64,000 bases of DNA from Escherichia coli (GCF_013122565.1 NZ_CP053258.1); one strand, 5' to 3'. Numbered from the stretch's first letter, positions 9,712 through 22,221 are shown. Numbers and translations are program-made. The notes: generated by a model from the letters alone, not told the origin.

Positions 9712-10602
9712 ATGTTTAGACACGTGAAAAAACTTCAATATACAGTACGTGTAAGTGAACCAAACCCAGGCTTAGCTAATCTACTTTTAGAACAATTCGG
9801 CGGCCCACAGGGTGAGCTTGCAGCTGCATGCCGATACTTCACTCAAGGTTTAAGTGATGAAGATGCAGGTCGAAGGGATATGCTGATGGACATAGCAACA
9901 GAAGAACTAAGCCATCTCGAAATTATTGGTTCTCTTGTTGGTATGCTCAACAAAGGTGCAAAAGGAGCACTCGCTGAAGGAACTGAGAATGAAGCGGAGC
10001 TTTACCGTTCCTTAACTCAAAATGGCAATGACAGCCATATAACTTCTCTTCTCTACGGAGGAGGCCCAGCATTAACTAATTCAGCTGGAGTACCCTGGAC
10101 TGCAGCTTATGTTGATACTATTGGCGAAGTCACAGCCGATCTTCGTTCAAATATTGCAGCTGAAGCTCGTGCAAAGATCATTTACGAGCGTCTCATTAAT
10201 GTTACTGATGATCCTGGAGTGAAAGACACTCTGGCATTTTTAATGACCAGGGAAGCAGCACATATGCTTTCTTTTGAAAAAGCATTACATTCAATTCGTA
10301 ACACTTTTCCACCAGGAAAATTACCACCGATTGAGAAGTACAAAAACGTATATTACAACATGTCAGAAGGTGAAGATGTCAGAGGTAGTTGGAACAGTGA
10401 TGAAAACTTTGATTATGTTTCCGATCCAGTTCCAGCTGTTGACGGTGGGGATGGGAAGGCCTCGATAATTCTTTCGACCAAGCAAGAAGCTATGATAAAA
10501 GCTATGGCAACAAGGTTGAAATCCCATGAAGATATCAATCCTGTCACTGGCGCTGAGCTTGCTGAAGGAGAGCCACAAACAAAGGTAAATAGTAAAAACT
10601 AA
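9712..10602 (+). CDS. Manganese (non-haem) catalase, KatN-like
   Basis: 296 aa, ferritin-like di-metal fold with EELSHLEIIG and REAAH motifs typical of Mn catalases; fourth gene of a yciGFE-katN-type arrangement (known from Salmonella). Confidence 0.8.
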   Translation: MFRHVKKLQYTVRVSEPNPGLANLLLEQFGGPQGELAAACRYFTQGLSDEDAGRRDMLMDIATEELSHLEIIGSLVGMLNKGAKGALAEGTENEAELYRSLTQNGNDSHITSLLYGGGPALTNSAGVPWTAAYVDTIGEVTADLRSNIAAEARAKIIYERLINVTDDPGVKDTLAFLMTREAAHMLSFEKALHSIRNTFPPGKLPPIEKYKNVYYNMSEGEDVRGSWNSDENFDYVSDPVPAVDGGDGKASIILSTKQEAMIKAMATRLKSHEDINPVTGAELAEGEPQTKVNSKN

Positions 10603-10692
10603 TTATCTTCTGGTATTTAGCTATCTCTCATAAATTTTAATGGCCGCAGAGATATCCTAAGCTCTAGCCACTGAAAATACATTTATATTTCG

Positions 10693-10727
10693 AAGCCCGC
10701 GATATTATAAGCGGGCTTTTATTTTAA
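10693..10727 (+). terminator. Rho-independent terminator after the Mn-catalase gene
   Basis: AAGCCCGC-gatattataa-GCGGGCTT followed by TTATTTT. Confidence 0.6.
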
Positions 10728-11050
10728 CCTTCTGGTATTACAGGCCACTCAATATCCGGTGCTACTGATGGCTCAACACGATTCAACAACATCCGATATG
10801 TCTTCCATGCGGCCATTCAACATTTCGCAGAAATGCAACTAAGAGACATTACTGAATCAAAAATTTATTCAGCAATGCAGAAAATGACGAACCGGCGTCA
10901 TGAGGAAAACTGGAAACTCAGGGCAGAAGCATGCAGAAAAAAGGGAAACCTGTTCCAGAATACACGCCAAACCCAGCGTCTGTTGCAACGAAGGCTACGC
11001 ATCTTTCATTTATAAAAGCCCTGCTAAGAGCCGCAGAGCGTGAATAGAAA

Positions 11051-11718
11051 ATGCTGGATAAGGCACCAATTATTAAAGTGCCTCAACCGAAGAATAAACG
11101 GATCCGCTGGCTGGAACCTCATGAAGCACAAAGGCTGATTGATGAATGTCCGGATCCATTAAAGTCTGTTGTTGAATTTGCACTGGCAACAGGTTTAAGA
11201 CGCTCGAACATCATCAACCTTGAATGGCAACAAATAGACATGCAGCGCCGGGTGGCCTGGATAAACCCGGAAGAGAGTAAATCAAACTGCGCGATTTGCG
11301 TTGCGCTGAATGATACTGCATGTCGAGTATTGAAAAAACAAATCGGGAATCACACCGTTGGGTATTTGTGTAAAAGGAAAGCTGTACAAAACCAGACGGA
11401 ACGAAAGCGCCAACAGTCAGGAAGATGCAGTATGACGCAAACACAGCCAGGAAAACGGCGCTGAGACGAGCTGGTATTGATGATTTCAGATTTCACGACT
11501 TGAGACACACCTGGGCAAGTTGGCTGGTTCAAGCCGGAGTCCCGTTGTCAGTGTTACAGGAAATGGGAGGCTGGGAGTCTATCGAAATGGTTCGACAATA
11601 TGCTCACCTCGCACCTAATCACCTTACCGAACACGCACGGCAAATAGACTCGATCCTAAACCCATCGGTCCCAAATTTGTCCCAGTCAAAAAATAAGGAA
11701 GGTACTAACGATGTGTAA
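11051..11718 (+). pseudogene. Tyrosine-recombinase (phage integrase) remnant: catalytic C-terminal half only, with a frameshift near 11425-11464
   Basis: Two overlapping frames (11051..11464 and 11425..11718) together give an integrase catalytic domain ([19 protein letters not shown]...; [39 protein letters not shown]); N-terminal ~200 aa absent; ends 15 bp from the tRNA 3' end in convergent orientation. Confidence 0.7.
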
Positions 11719-11732
11719 CTTATTGATTTAAA

Positions 11733-11808
11733 TGGTGCCGATAAGAGGAGTCGAACCTCCGACCTTCGCATTACGAATGCGCTGCTCTACCAACTGAGCT
11801 ATATCGGC
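11733..11808 (-). tRNA. thrW: tRNA-Thr (anticodon CGU)
   Basis: Minus-strand sequence GCCGATATAGCTCAGTTGGTAGAGCAGCGCATTCGTAATGCGAAGGTCGGAGGTTCGACTCCTCTTATCGGCACCA folds as a canonical cloverleaf with CGT anticodon and CCA end. Confidence 0.95.
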
Positions 11809-11922
11809 CCTGAAAGGACATGTTCACGAACGTGAATCACGGTGGACAAGGTTAAAACTAACCGGGCGATGCGTCAATGGCCTTGTGAATCAAATGGCTA
11901 CTTTTGCATCACCCGGTTTTAT

Positions 11923-13176
11923 TTACGCACGAATGGTGTAATCACCAATGCCGATCCACTTGTAAGTGGTCAGTGCTTCCAGCCCCATTGGGCCACGCGC
12001 GTGGAGTTTTTGTGTGCTTACCGCCACTTCCGCACCCAGACCAAACTGGCCGCCGTCGGTAAAACGCGTAGAGGCGTTAACGTAAACAGCGGACGAATCC
12101 ACTTCGTTAACAAAACGCTGGGCGTTGCGCATATCGCGGGTCAGGATCGCATCGGAGTGTTGTGTGCCGTGTTCACGAATATGGGCGATGGCATCGTCAA
12201 GATCGCTGACGATTTTGACGTTCAAATCTAATGACAGAAACTCATCGTCATACTCTTCGGCTTTAACCGCCACCACCTTCGCGGGGCCTGTCTGCAACTG
12301 CGCCAGCGCAGCAGCATCTGCGTGTAACGTCACGCCGCTTTCCGCCATTTGCTTGCTTAATGCGGGCAGGAAGCTATCGGCGATGTTTTTATTTACCAGC
12401 AACGTTTCTACCGTATTACATGTGCTCGGACGCTGAGTTTTCGCGTTGACGATCACTTTTAATGCTTCAGCGATCTCTGCACTTTCATCAACGTAAATAT
12501 GGCATACGCCTATACCACCAGTGATCACCGGGATTGTCGACTGTTCGCGGCACAGTTTATGCAAACCAGCGCCACCACGCGGGATCAGCATGTCGATGTA
12601 TTTATCCATACGCAGCATTTCACTGACCAGCGCACGGTCAGGATTATCAATCGCCTGCACGGCACCCGCCGGTAAGCCACAGGATTTCAGGGCGTCCTGA
12701 ATCACCGCCACCGTTGCCGCGTTAGTGCGACAGGTTTCTTTGCCACCACGCAGGATCACCGCATTACCGGTTTTCAGGCACAGCGAAGCGACATCAACCG
12801 TCACGTTCGGGCGCGCTTCATAAATCACGCCAATAACCCCCAGCGGTACGCGACGACGCTCAAGACGCAGGCCGCTGTCCAGTACGCCGCCATCGATTAC
12901 CTGCCCCACCGGATCGGCGAGATTGCACACCTGGCGCACATCGTCGGCAATGCCTTTCAGCCGTGCGGGCGTCAGTGCCAGACGGTCAAGCATCGCTTCG
13001 CTAAGGCCATTGGCACGCGCGTCAGCAACATCCTGGGCGTTAGCGTTGAGGATGATTTCGCTTTGTGCTTCCAGTTCATCGGCGATTTTTTCCAGCACGC
13101 GATTTTTTTCGCGGCTGGAGAGTTGCGCTAATTTATACGAGGCTTGCTTCGCGGCAATGCCCATTTGTTCCAGCAT
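11923..13176 (-). CDS. proA: Gamma-glutamyl phosphate reductase
   Basis: 417 aa full-length match to ProA by recollection ([38 protein letters not shown]...); 11-bp spacing from proB. Confidence 0.95.
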   Translation of the reverse strand: MLEQMGIAAKQASYKLAQLSSREKNRVLEKIADELEAQSEIILNANAQDVADARANGLSEAMLDRLALTPARLKGIADDVRQVCNLADPVGQVIDGGVLDSGLRLERRRVPLGVIGVIYEARPNVTVDVASLCLKTGNAVILRGGKETCRTNAATVAVIQDALKSCGLPAGAVQAIDNPDRALVSEMLRMDKYIDMLIPRGGAGLHKLCREQSTIPVITGGIGVCHIYVDESAEIAEALKVIVNAKTQRPSTCNTVETLLVNKNIADSFLPALSKQMAESGVTLHADAAALAQLQTGPAKVVAVKAEEYDDEFLSLDLNVKIVSDLDDAIAHIREHGTQHSDAILTRDMRNAQRFVNEVDSSAVYVNASTRFTDGGQFGLGAEVAVSTQKLHARGPMGLEALTTYKWIGIGDYTIRA

Positions 13177-13187
13177 CAGCCTGCTCC

Positions 13188-14291
13188 TTAACGGGTAATC
13201 ATGTCATCACGGTGAACGGCAACCGGGCCGTATTCATATCCCAGTATTGCATCAATTTCTTGCGAGTGGTGTCCGGCAATACGGCGTAATGCATCGCTGT
13301 TGTAACGACTGACGCCGTGAGCGATATCGCGACCTTCGAGGTTGCAAATGCGGATGACTTCACCACGCGAGAAATTGCCAGTCACGCTTTTAATGCCTTT
13401 CGGCAACAGGGAGCTGCCGCGTTCAAGAATGGCGGCAGTTGCCCCTTCATCTACCGTGATTTCACCCGCCGGCGGCGCACCGAAAATCCAGCGTTTACGG
13501 TTTTCAAGCGGAGTCGCCTGGGCATGGAACAACGTACCGACGGAAATGCCTTCCATCACATCACCAATAACGCCCGGCTTGCTGCCCGCGGCAATAATGG
13601 TGTCGATACCCGCACGGCAAGCCACGTCTGCGGCCTGCAATTTGGTACTCATGCCGCCAGTTCCGAGGCCTGAAACGCTGTCACCGGCAATCGCGCGCAG
13701 TGCGTCATCAATGCCGTAAACATCTTTAATCAGTTCTGCCTGCGGATTGCTGCGCGGGTCAGCGGTATACAAACCTTTTTGATCGGTCAGCAGCAACAGT
13801 TTATCGGCACCCGCCAGAATCGCCGCCAGCGCAGAAAGGTTATCGTTATCGCCGACCTTAATCTCTGCCGTAGCGACAGCATCGTTCTCATTGATTACCG
13901 GAACGATATTGTTATCGAGCAACGCTCGCAGGGTGTCGCGGGCGTTCAGGAAGCGTTCACGGTCTTCCATATCAGCACGGGTCAGCAGCATCTGCCCGAC
14001 GTGAATGCCATAAATCGAAAACAGCTGTTCCCACAGTTGAATCAGTCGACTCTGCCCTACCGCCGCCAGCAGTTGTTTCGAGGCGATAGTCGCTGGCAGT
14101 TCCGGGTAACCCAGGTGCTCACGTCCGGCGGCGATCGCGCCCGACGTCACAATAACAATCCGATGCCCGGCGGCATGTAACTGCGCGCACTGGCGAACAA
14201 GTTCAACGATATGGGCACGGTTCAGGCGGCGCGATCCGCCTGTTAGCACACTGGTGCCGAGTTTTACCACCAGCGTCTGGCTGTCACTCAT
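13188..14291 (-). CDS. proB: Glutamate 5-kinase
   Basis: 367 aa starting [19 protein letters not shown]; the ORF-track start (14378) is an upstream in-frame extension. Confidence 0.95.
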
Positions 14292-14479
14292 GATTCTCTG
14301 CCATTCAATTTTAGGAAAAATGATATCAAACGAACGTTTTAGCAGGACTGTCGTCGGTTGCCAACCATCTGCGAGCAAAGCATGGCGTTTTGTTGCGCGG
14401 GATCAGCAAGCGTAGCGGCAGTTGTTTACGCTTTTATTACAGATTTAATAAATTACCACATTTTCAGAATATTATTAAT

Positions 14480-14498
14480 CTGTAATATATCTTTAACA
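14480..14498 (+). promoter_or_regulatory. Pho box (PhoB binding site) upstream of phoE
   Basis: CTGTAATATATCTTTAACA matches the CTGTCATA-type direct-repeat Pho box about 80 bp upstream of the phoE start. Confidence 0.6.
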
Positions 14499-14578
14499 AT
14501 CTCAGGTTAAAAACTTTCCTGTTTTCAACGGGACTCTCCCGCTGAATATTCGCGCGTTAATTAAAATCAGGAATGAAA

Positions 14579-15634
14579 ATGAAAAAGAGCACTCTGGCAT
14601 TAGTGGTGATGGGCATTGTGGCATCTGCATCCATACAGGCCGCAGAAATATATAACAAAGATGGTAATAAACTGGATGTCTATGGCAAAGTTAAAGCCAT
14701 GCATTATATGAGTGATAATGACAGTAAAGATGGCGACCAGAGTTATATCCGTTTTGGTTTTAAAGGTGAAACACAAATTAACGATCAACTGACTGGTTAT
14801 GGTAGGTGGGAAGCAGAGTTTGCCGGTAATAAAGCGGAGAGTGATACTGCACAGCAAAAAACACGTCTCGCTTTTGCCGGATTGAAATATAAAGATTTGG
14901 GTTCTTTCGATTATGGTCGTAACCTGGGCGCGTTGTATGACGTGGAAGCCTGGACCGATATGTTCCCGGAATTTGGTGGCGACTCCTCCGCACAGACCGA
15001 CAACTTTATGACCAAACGCGCCAGCGGTCTGGCGACGTATCGGAACACCGACTTCTTCGGCGTTATCGATGGCCTGAACTTAACCCTGCAATATCAAGGG
15101 AAAAACGAAAACCGCGACGTTAAAAAGCAAAACGGCGATGGCTTCGGCACGTCATTGACATATGACTTTGGCGGCAGCGATTTCGCCATTAGTGGGGCCT
15201 ATACCAACTCAGATCGCACCAACGAGCAGAACCTGCAAAGCCGTGGCACAGGCAAGCGTGCAGAAGCATGGGCAACAGGTCTGAAATACGATGCCAATAA
15301 TATTTATCTGGCAACTTTCTATTCTGAAACACGCAAAATGACGCCAATAACTGGCGGCTTTGCCAATAAGACACAGAACTTTGAAGCGGTCGCTCAATAC
15401 CAGTTTGACTTTGGTCTGCGTCCATCGCTGGGTTATGTCTTATCGAAAGGGAAAGATATTGAAGGTATCGGTGATGAAGATCTGGTCAATTATATCGATG
15501 TTGGTGCTACGTATTATTTCAACAAAAATATGTCAGCCTTTGTTGATTATAAAATCAACCAACTGGATAGCGATAACAAATTGAATATTAATAATGATGA
15601 TATTGTCGCGGTTGGCATGACCTATCAGTTTTAA
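14579..15634 (+). CDS. phoE: Phosphate-starvation-inducible outer membrane porin PhoE
   Basis: 351 aa with signal peptide [21 protein letters not shown] and porin C-terminal ...VGMTYQF. Confidence 0.95.
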   Translation: MKKSTLALVVMGIVASASIQAAEIYNKDGNKLDVYGKVKAMHYMSDNDSKDGDQSYIRFGFKGETQINDQLTGYGRWEAEFAGNKAESDTAQQKTRLAFAGLKYKDLGSFDYGRNLGALYDVEAWTDMFPEFGGDSSAQTDNFMTKRASGLATYRNTDFFGVIDGLNLTLQYQGKNENRDVKKQNGDGFGTSLTYDFGGSDFAISGAYTNSDRTNEQNLQSRGTGKRAEAWATGLKYDANNIYLATFYSETRKMTPITGGFANKTQNFEAVAQYQFDFGLRPSLGYVLSKGKDIEGIGDEDLVNYIDVGATYYFNKNMSAFVDYKINQLDSDNKLNINNDDIVAVGMTYQF

Positions 15635-15642
15635 TGGATATT

Positions 15643-15663
15643 GCCGGATGTGATGCATCCGGC
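15643..15663. terminator. Hairpin between convergent phoE and crl (likely bidirectional terminator)
   Basis: GCCGGATG-tgatg-CATCCGGC inverted repeat immediately after the phoE stop. Confidence 0.45.
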
Positions 15664-15672
15664 ACATTTCAC

Positions 15673-16131
<459 letters not shown>

Positions 16132-17376
16132 TTAACACAAACGTTTTTCGATCCAGTCGGTGATTTCCTGAAGACCTTTGTCAAAATTCCGATACACCGG
16201 GTTAAATGGGATCTCTAATAATTTACCGTCAGCAGATGATGAGGTGATTAAGCGTGAGTCCTCTTCCGGGCTGAACGGATCGTTCTTCCAGTAGCCTGAT
16301 AACATTGGCGTTGGGCAGCGACGTCCCAGCAATCCTTGCACTTTTAATGAATAGCGATTCAGCTCCACGCGCAACGCTTCGTCGGAAGCATCATGCATCC
16401 CCAAACGACTCGCCAGAACGTCAAGATACATTTCCGGCACCTGTTGCTGGCACTTAAAATCACTCAACAGGGTATGAACTACCGGACCAAGACAGGCAAC
16501 CGCTTTCAGACGCGGCGATTCAAGGTATGCCAGACGCACTGCAACGTTAGCGCCGAAACGGAAACCAAAGGCCGCGACGCGAGTGTGATCCACCCACGGT
16601 ACGTTAGGCAGCGCCTTTAAGACGTGCTGATGCAACAGGCTGGAGTCCTGGGTGAGCTTCCATTTTGAAGAAAAGCCCACCGACGGCATATCAATAGTCA
16701 GCATCGCAATGCCGCGCGGCGCAAAATAACGTTCATACAGGCTGTAATAGTCCGTCTGCATCGCATCCAGACCACCACACATTAATACTGTCGGGAACGG
16801 GCCATCGCCTTTCGGCATATGCAAAAAGCCGGTGATGGGCGCACCGCCGGGTACGGTAAACTCCATCTGCCGCATCGTGCCCGGCAGACGCTGAGCGGCC
16901 TCTTCATAGGCGCGGTTTGACAAAGCCTGCGCTTGCTCAGCCAGGTCATCTCCTTTCAGATGAGGATAGGCGGCAATGTTGTACAACGTAGCCGCATGAA
17001 GCCAGTGTCGACCACTGAGTTGCGGATCTTCTTCCGCACAGGCTTTTTGTTGCCACACCATCGCCTGGGTGGCCCACTCATAAATCCAGTTGCCGCCGCG
17101 GTAGCCAATCACCGTATCGTATAAATCATCGTCGGTACGTTCGGCATCGCTCATCACAATACGGGCCTGGACGTCGAGGATTTCACGTGGGTCAATGCCG
17201 CGCCAGATCCACATCAGACGGTTAATCATGCGATACCAGTGAGGGATGGTTTTACCATCAAGGGCCGACTGCACAGGCGGTTGTGCGCCGTGATTAAAGC
17301 GGCGGACTAGCGTCGAGGTTTCAGGATGTTTAAAGCGGGGTTTGAACAGGGTTTCGCTCAGGTTTGCCTGTGTCAT
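16132..17376 (-). CDS. frsA: Esterase FrsA (alpha/beta hydrolase)
   Basis: 414 aa, [30 protein letters not shown].... Confidence 0.95.
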
Positions 17377-17467
17377 GGATGCAGCCTCCAGAATACTTAC
17401 TGGAAACTATTGTAACCTGCCTGAAGTTAAAAAGAACAACGCCCGGCAGTGCCAGGCGTTGAAAAGA

Positions 17468-17926
17468 TTAGCGACCGGAGATTGGCGGGACGAATACGAC
17501 GCCCATATCCCACGGCTGTTCGATCCAGGTATCTTGTGGGATATCAACAACATAATCATCAACCAGCGGACGACCAGCCGGTTTTGCGAAGATGGTGACA
17601 AAGTGCGCTTTTGGATACATTTCGCGGATTGCCACTGCAGTACCACCGGTATCCACCAGGTCATCAATTACGATGAAGCCTTCGCCATCGCCTTCTGCGC
17701 GTTTCAGCACTTTAAGCTCGCGCTGGTTGTCGTGATCGTAGCTGGAAATACAAACGGTATCGACATGACGAATACCCAGTTCACGCGCCAGTAACGCACC
17801 CGGTACCAGACCGCCACGGCTTACGGCAATAATGCCTTTCCATTGTTCAGAAGGCATCAGTCGGCTTGCGAGTTTACGTGCATGGATCTGCAACATGTCC
17901 CAGGTGACGATGTATTTTTCGCTCAT
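17468..17926 (-). CDS. gpt: Xanthine-guanine phosphoribosyltransferase
   Basis: 152 aa, [39 protein letters not shown].... Confidence 0.95.
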
Positions 17927-18186
17927 GTGAAGTGTCCCAGCCTGTTTATCTACGGCTTAAAAAGTGTTCGAGGGGAAAATAGGTTGCGCGAGATTATAGA
18001 GATCTGGCGCACTAAAAACCAGTATTTCACATGAGTCCGCGTCTTTTTACGCACTGCCTCTCCCTGACGCGGGATAAAGTGGTATTCTCAAACATATCTC
18101 GCAAGCCTGTCTTGTGTTGACAACATTTTCTGCTAACCCTGTGACCTGCAATACTGTTTTGCGGGTGATCGACAAGGAGACTTAAC

Positions 18187-19644
18187 GTGTCTGAACTGTC
18201 TCAATTATCTCCACAGCCGCTGTGGGATATTTTTGCCAAAATCTGTTCTATTCCTCACCCGTCCTATCATGAAGAGCAACTCGCTGAATACATTGTTGGT
18301 TGGGCAAAAGAGAAAGGTTTCCATGTCGAACGCGATCAGGTAGGTAATATCCTGATTCGTAAACCTGCTACCGCAGGTATGGAAAATCGTAAACCGGTCG
18401 TCTTACAGGCCCACCTCGATATGGTGCCGCAGAAAAATAACGACACCGTGCATGACTTCACGAAAGATCCTATCCAGCCTTATATTGATGGCGAATGGGT
18501 TAAAGCGCGCGGCACCACGCTGGGTGCAGATAACGGCATTGGTATGGCGTCTGCGCTGGCGGTTCTGGCTGACGAAAACGTGGTTCACGGCCCGCTGGAA
18601 GTGCTGCTGACCATGACCGAAGAAGCCGGTATGGACGGTGCGTTCGGCTTACAGAGCAACTGGTTGCAGGCTGATATTCTGATTAACACCGACTCCGAAG
18701 AAGAAGGTGAAATCTACATGGGTTGTGCGGGGGGTATCGACTTCACCTCCAACCTGCATTTAGATCGTGAAGCGGTTCCAGCTGGTTTTGAAACCTTCAA
18801 GTTAACCTTAAAAGGTCTGAAAGGCGGTCACTCCGGCGGTGAAATCCACGTTGGCCTGGGTAATGCCAACAAACTGCTGGTGCGCTTCCTGGCGGGTCAT
18901 GCAGAAGAACTGGACCTGCGTCTTATTGATTTCAACGGCGGCACACTGCGTAACGCCATCCCGCGTGAAGCCTTTGCGACCATTGCTGTCGCAGCTGATA
19001 AAGTCGACGCCCTGAAATCTCTGGTGAATACTTATCAGGAGATCCTGAAAAACGAGCTGGCAGAGAAAGAGAAAAATCTGGCCTTGTTGCTGGACTCTGT
19101 AGCGAACGATAAAGCTGCCCTGATTGCGAAATCTCGCGATACCTTTATTCGTCTGCTGAACGCCACCCCGAACGGTGTGATCCGCAATTCCGACGTGGCA
19201 AAAGGTGTGGTCGAAACCTCCCTGAACGTCGGTGTTGTAACCATGACCGACAACAACGTAGAAATTCACTGTCTGATCCGTTCTCTGATCGACAGCGGTA
19301 AAGACTACGTGGTGAGCATGCTTGATTCGCTGGGTAAACTGGCTGGCGCGAAAACCGAAGCGAAAGGCGCATATCCTGGCTGGCAGCCGGACGCTAATTC
19401 TCCGGTGATGCATCTGGTACGTGAAACCTATCAGCGCCTGTTCAACAAGACGCCGAACATCCAGATTATCCACGCGGGCCTGGAATGTGGTCTGTTCAAA
19501 AAACCGTATCCGGAAATGGACATGGTTTCTATCGGGCCAACAATCACCGGTCCACACTCTCCGGATGAGCAAGTTCACATCGAAAGCGTAGGTCACTACT
19601 GGACACTGCTGACTGAACTGCTGAAAGAAATTCCGGCGAAGTAA
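18187..19644 (+). CDS. pepD: Cytosol non-specific dipeptidase (aminoacyl-histidine dipeptidase), GTG start
   Basis: 485 aa, MSELSQLSPQPLWDIFAKICSIPHPSYHEEQLAEY...; M20 peptidase motifs. Confidence 0.95.
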   Translation: MSELSQLSPQPLWDIFAKICSIPHPSYHEEQLAEYIVGWAKEKGFHVERDQVGNILIRKPATAGMENRKPVVLQAHLDMVPQKNNDTVHDFTKDPIQPYIDGEWVKARGTTLGADNGIGMASALAVLADENVVHGPLEVLLTMTEEAGMDGAFGLQSNWLQADILINTDSEEEGEIYMGCAGGIDFTSNLHLDREAVPAGFETFKLTLKGLKGGHSGGEIHVGLGNANKLLVRFLAGHAEELDLRLIDFNGGTLRNAIPREAFATIAVAADKVDALKSLVNTYQEILKNELAEKEKNLALLLDSVANDKAALIAKSRDTFIRLLNATPNGVIRNSDVAKGVVETSLNVGVVTMTDNNVEIHCLIRSLIDSGKDYVVSMLDSLGKLAGAKTEAKGAYPGWQPDANSPVMHLVRETYQRLFNKTPNIQIIHAGLECGLFKKPYPEMDMVSIGPTITGPHSPDEQVHIESVGHYWTLLTELLKEIPAK

Positions 19645-19700
19645 TTATTTGATTTGCTGCCGGATGGCGTTCAATCACCTTCCGGCAGTTTCATCCTTCA

Positions 19701-20315
19701 TTATCCTTCGATAAAAGCCATCCCTGTAAATGTCCGTCGCGGGTTGCCACGTTCAATCTGGTGATGGAACATTCGCCGCTGCGATTTCAGCACCGCGCTA
19801 TTCTCCTGTTGCTGTTGTTCCAGCTTCCAGGCAATCAGCAATCGCGCCAGCCGTTTGTTAGCATGCTGGCTGCGCTCTGACTGAACCTTCACGCTAATAC
19901 CGGATGCCAGATGCGTGGCACGTACCGCCGAGTCGGTTTTATTGACATGTTGACCGCCCGGCCCCGACGAACGCAGCGTCTCATACCGGATCGCATCGGA
20001 TTGCCCCTGCTCATCAGCGGTAAAACGCCCAATGCCCAGAAACCAGTTTTTACGCCCGTGATGTGGGCGATACGGGCTCGGGCAAATCCACTGAATAGTG
20101 CCACACCAGCTTTCGCTTAACGCCCATGCGTTGTCGCCATCCAGAGAAATCAGCGCCGAACGCAGCGTGTCAGAGTAGCGGCCTGTTTCTGTTTCCAGCA
20201 CCGTTACCGCGACGTCTTGTCGGGCAGTTTCTTTAATTAGCCTGTCCAGCGCCTTTTTCACTGCGAGACAACATTCTTCCGGCCCCTGCGCTGAGGAGAG
20301 TTGTAGCAAGATCAT
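19701..20315 (-). CDS. prfH: Peptide chain release factor homologue PrfH (apparently full length, ~204 aa)
   Basis: Starts [19 protein letters not shown]...; contains GGQ motif ([17 protein letters not shown]); ATG overlaps the stop of the upstream RtcB-like gene (ATGA). ORF-track start at 20399 is an upstream extension. Confidence 0.85.
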   Translation of the reverse strand: MILLQLSSAQGPEECCLAVKKALDRLIKETARQDVAVTVLETETGRYSDTLRSALISLDGDNAWALSESWCGTIQWICPSPYRPHHGRKNWFLGIGRFTADEQGQSDAIRYETLRSSGPGGQHVNKTDSAVRATHLASGISVKVQSERSQHANKRLARLLIAWKLEQQQQENSAVLKSQRRMFHHQIERGNPRRTFTGMAFIEG

Positions 20316-21463
20316 CCTTTTTTCCCTCCACTGTTTTTGAGCGTTAGCACCGGACGCAGTCGCGCGACAGGAATAATTAACCCAGCCTGCACCAGACATT
20401 GCACCACGCTTTCAGCCGATTTATAAGCTTGTGGCGCTTCTTCAAAGATGAGTTGTTTATCGCGACAAATTACCCGGCTGCCAAGTTCAGTACGCGAGAG
20501 TTGCGTCACCGTGTATTTCGCTGCCAGACGCCCTTTACAATCGGTGCGCCCCCATTTACGCCCAGCCCCATGCGCCAGCGAATGCAATGTTTCCTCACTC
20601 CTGACGGGCTGAACCAGCCAGGAGTAATCACCGCGTGAACCGGGAATAACCACCAGACCACAGTCATCAGGCGTGGCACCTTTACGATGTAAGACCCCTT
20701 GTTGATCACCGATTCGACACGCGCTAACAAAGTTATGCGCCACATCCAGAACCGGACTTCCGGTGGCCTTAACCTGTTGCATTATGCGCAAAGCGATCAG
20801 CTGGCGATTAATACGCGCAAACGCCAGCGCATCGTCATGTTCCGCAATATAACGTAGCGCGTCGTCACTGCCTTCAGGCAAACCATGATGCGAAAACGAG
20901 GCAATATGCCGCTGTAAAATAGACTGCCCTAAACCACGCGAGCCGCTATGAACCAACAGTTGCAGATGCTGCGCATCCAGACCTGCCAGTGCAAACAGTT
21001 CAGCGTTGATGATTTGATCAACTTGTTGCAGTTCAGCGAAATGATTGCCGCCACCGATAGAGCCAAGCGAGCTGCGCCACGGATGCTGTGCAAATGCTGA
21101 CGGCAGGTTTTCCTCCAGCCAGCTTTCTTCAGCAACGTCATCCAAAGCTGATAATCGCTTTTCAAACTTATCGGCGTTGTATTTGCGAGCGAGAATATCT
21201 GTTTGCCATAGCGCCATGCCGCAGCCGATATCATTGCCGACCAGTGCCGGGTAAAAACGACCAACTGAGAAGAACGCTGCGCCAATCGGGTAGCCGCGTC
21301 CGGGATGTAAATCTGGCATCCCCACTACGCGCTGCATGTTGGGTAAATTTGCCGTGGTGTGTAATTGTTGGATCGCTAAACTCTCGATCCACAGGTCATC
21401 AGATGCGATGGTAAATACCGCATCGGATAAGGGACGAATATATTTGCCCATGTACCATTCCAT
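20312..21463 (-). CDS. RtcB-family RNA ligase paralogue (RtcB2-like), partner of PrfH
   Basis: 383 aa with RtcB hallmarks ([36 protein letters not shown]...HRKGA); translationally coupled to prfH. Confidence 0.85.
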   Translation of the reverse strand: MEWYMGKYIRPLSDAVFTIASDDLWIESLAIQQLHTTANLPNMQRVVGMPDLHPGRGYPIGAAFFSVGRFYPALVGNDIGCGMALWQTDILARKYNADKFEKRLSALDDVAEESWLEENLPSAFAQHPWRSSLGSIGGGNHFAELQQVDQIINAELFALAGLDAQHLQLLVHSGSRGLGQSILQRHIASFSHHGLPEGSDDALRYIAEHDDALAFARINRQLIALRIMQQVKATGSPVLDVAHNFVSACRIGDQQGVLHRKGATPDDCGLVVIPGSRGDYSWLVQPVRSEETLHSLAHGAGRKWGRTDCKGRLAAKYTVTQLSRTELGSRVICRDKQLIFEEAPQAYKSAESVVQCLVQAGLIIPVARLRPVLTLKNSGGKKG

Positions 21464-21768
21464 TTATACTCGTCATACTTCAAGTTGCATGTACTGCGAC
21501 TGCGTTCGTTCACCCCAGTCACTTACTTTAGTAAGCTCCTGGCGATTCACTCGCTTGTCACCTTCCTGCAACTCGAATTATTTAGAGTATATAAATATTA
21601 AAAATCAGGAAATGGCAGACGAATCCAGGGCAAGAAAAAAGAATTAATCCTGGAAAGGTCTGCAAAGAGTCATTGATAAAGGATTTGTCATGATTTACCT
21701 CCTTGCAGTTTGTGGAATCAGAAAACGCGCACATACTAGGCGGGCGTTATTTTCATTGCAAGCTGGAT

Positions 21769-22221
21769 TTAATGTTGCGGTTTATATCGCATATAAAAAT
21801 TAGTAAACCACGCACCCCGGCATTCAACGCGCTGCTGCTTAACTGTCTGAAAACCATAACGTTCAAAAAAGGGTTTTGCGGTTATGCTGGCGTCCACCGT
21901 AAGTTCGGATTCAGACTTAATCCAAGGTTTTAACAAAGCACTGGCAACCCCACGGCGGGTGTATTCAGGGTCAACAAATAACATATCGATATAATGTTCA
22001 ATGCGGGAAATAAAACCAACCGGTTGTGCATTAATGACTGCAACCCGCACTTGTGATTTCGCGAGTTTCTCCTTCCAGCGAGATTCGTCAATCTGCGCCC
22101 AGACTGCAATTTGTTGTGGTGAATAATGCTCACTGGCTGTCATCGTAACCGCTCTAATGAAAATAGCGCATAGTTGCTGAAAATCGCCAGGCTGATAGTT
22201 TCTTATTTGTATGTTATTCAT
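21769..22221 (-). CDS. yafP: GNAT-family acetyltransferase YafP
   Basis: 150 aa, [25 protein letters not shown]...; start overlaps dinB stop by 4 nt. Confidence 0.9.
   Translation of the reverse strand: MNNIQIRNYQPGDFQQLCAIFIRAVTMTASEHYSPQQIAVWAQIDESRWKEKLAKSQVRVAVINAQPVGFISRIEHYIDMLFVDPEYTRRGVASALLKPWIKSESELTVDASITAKPFFERYGFQTVKQQRVECRGAWFTNFYMRYKPQH

Noticed and set aside
10833-11015. 60-aa ORF upstream of the integrase remnant
   Set aside because: No integrase or other motif recognised; lies in the degraded 5' part of the integrase locus and is more likely debris than a gene.
20399-21647. Plus-strand ORFs antisense to the RtcB-like gene (20399..20638, 21088..21414, 21336..21647)
   Set aside because: Overlap a motif-supported RtcB reading frame; no RBS or family resemblance.
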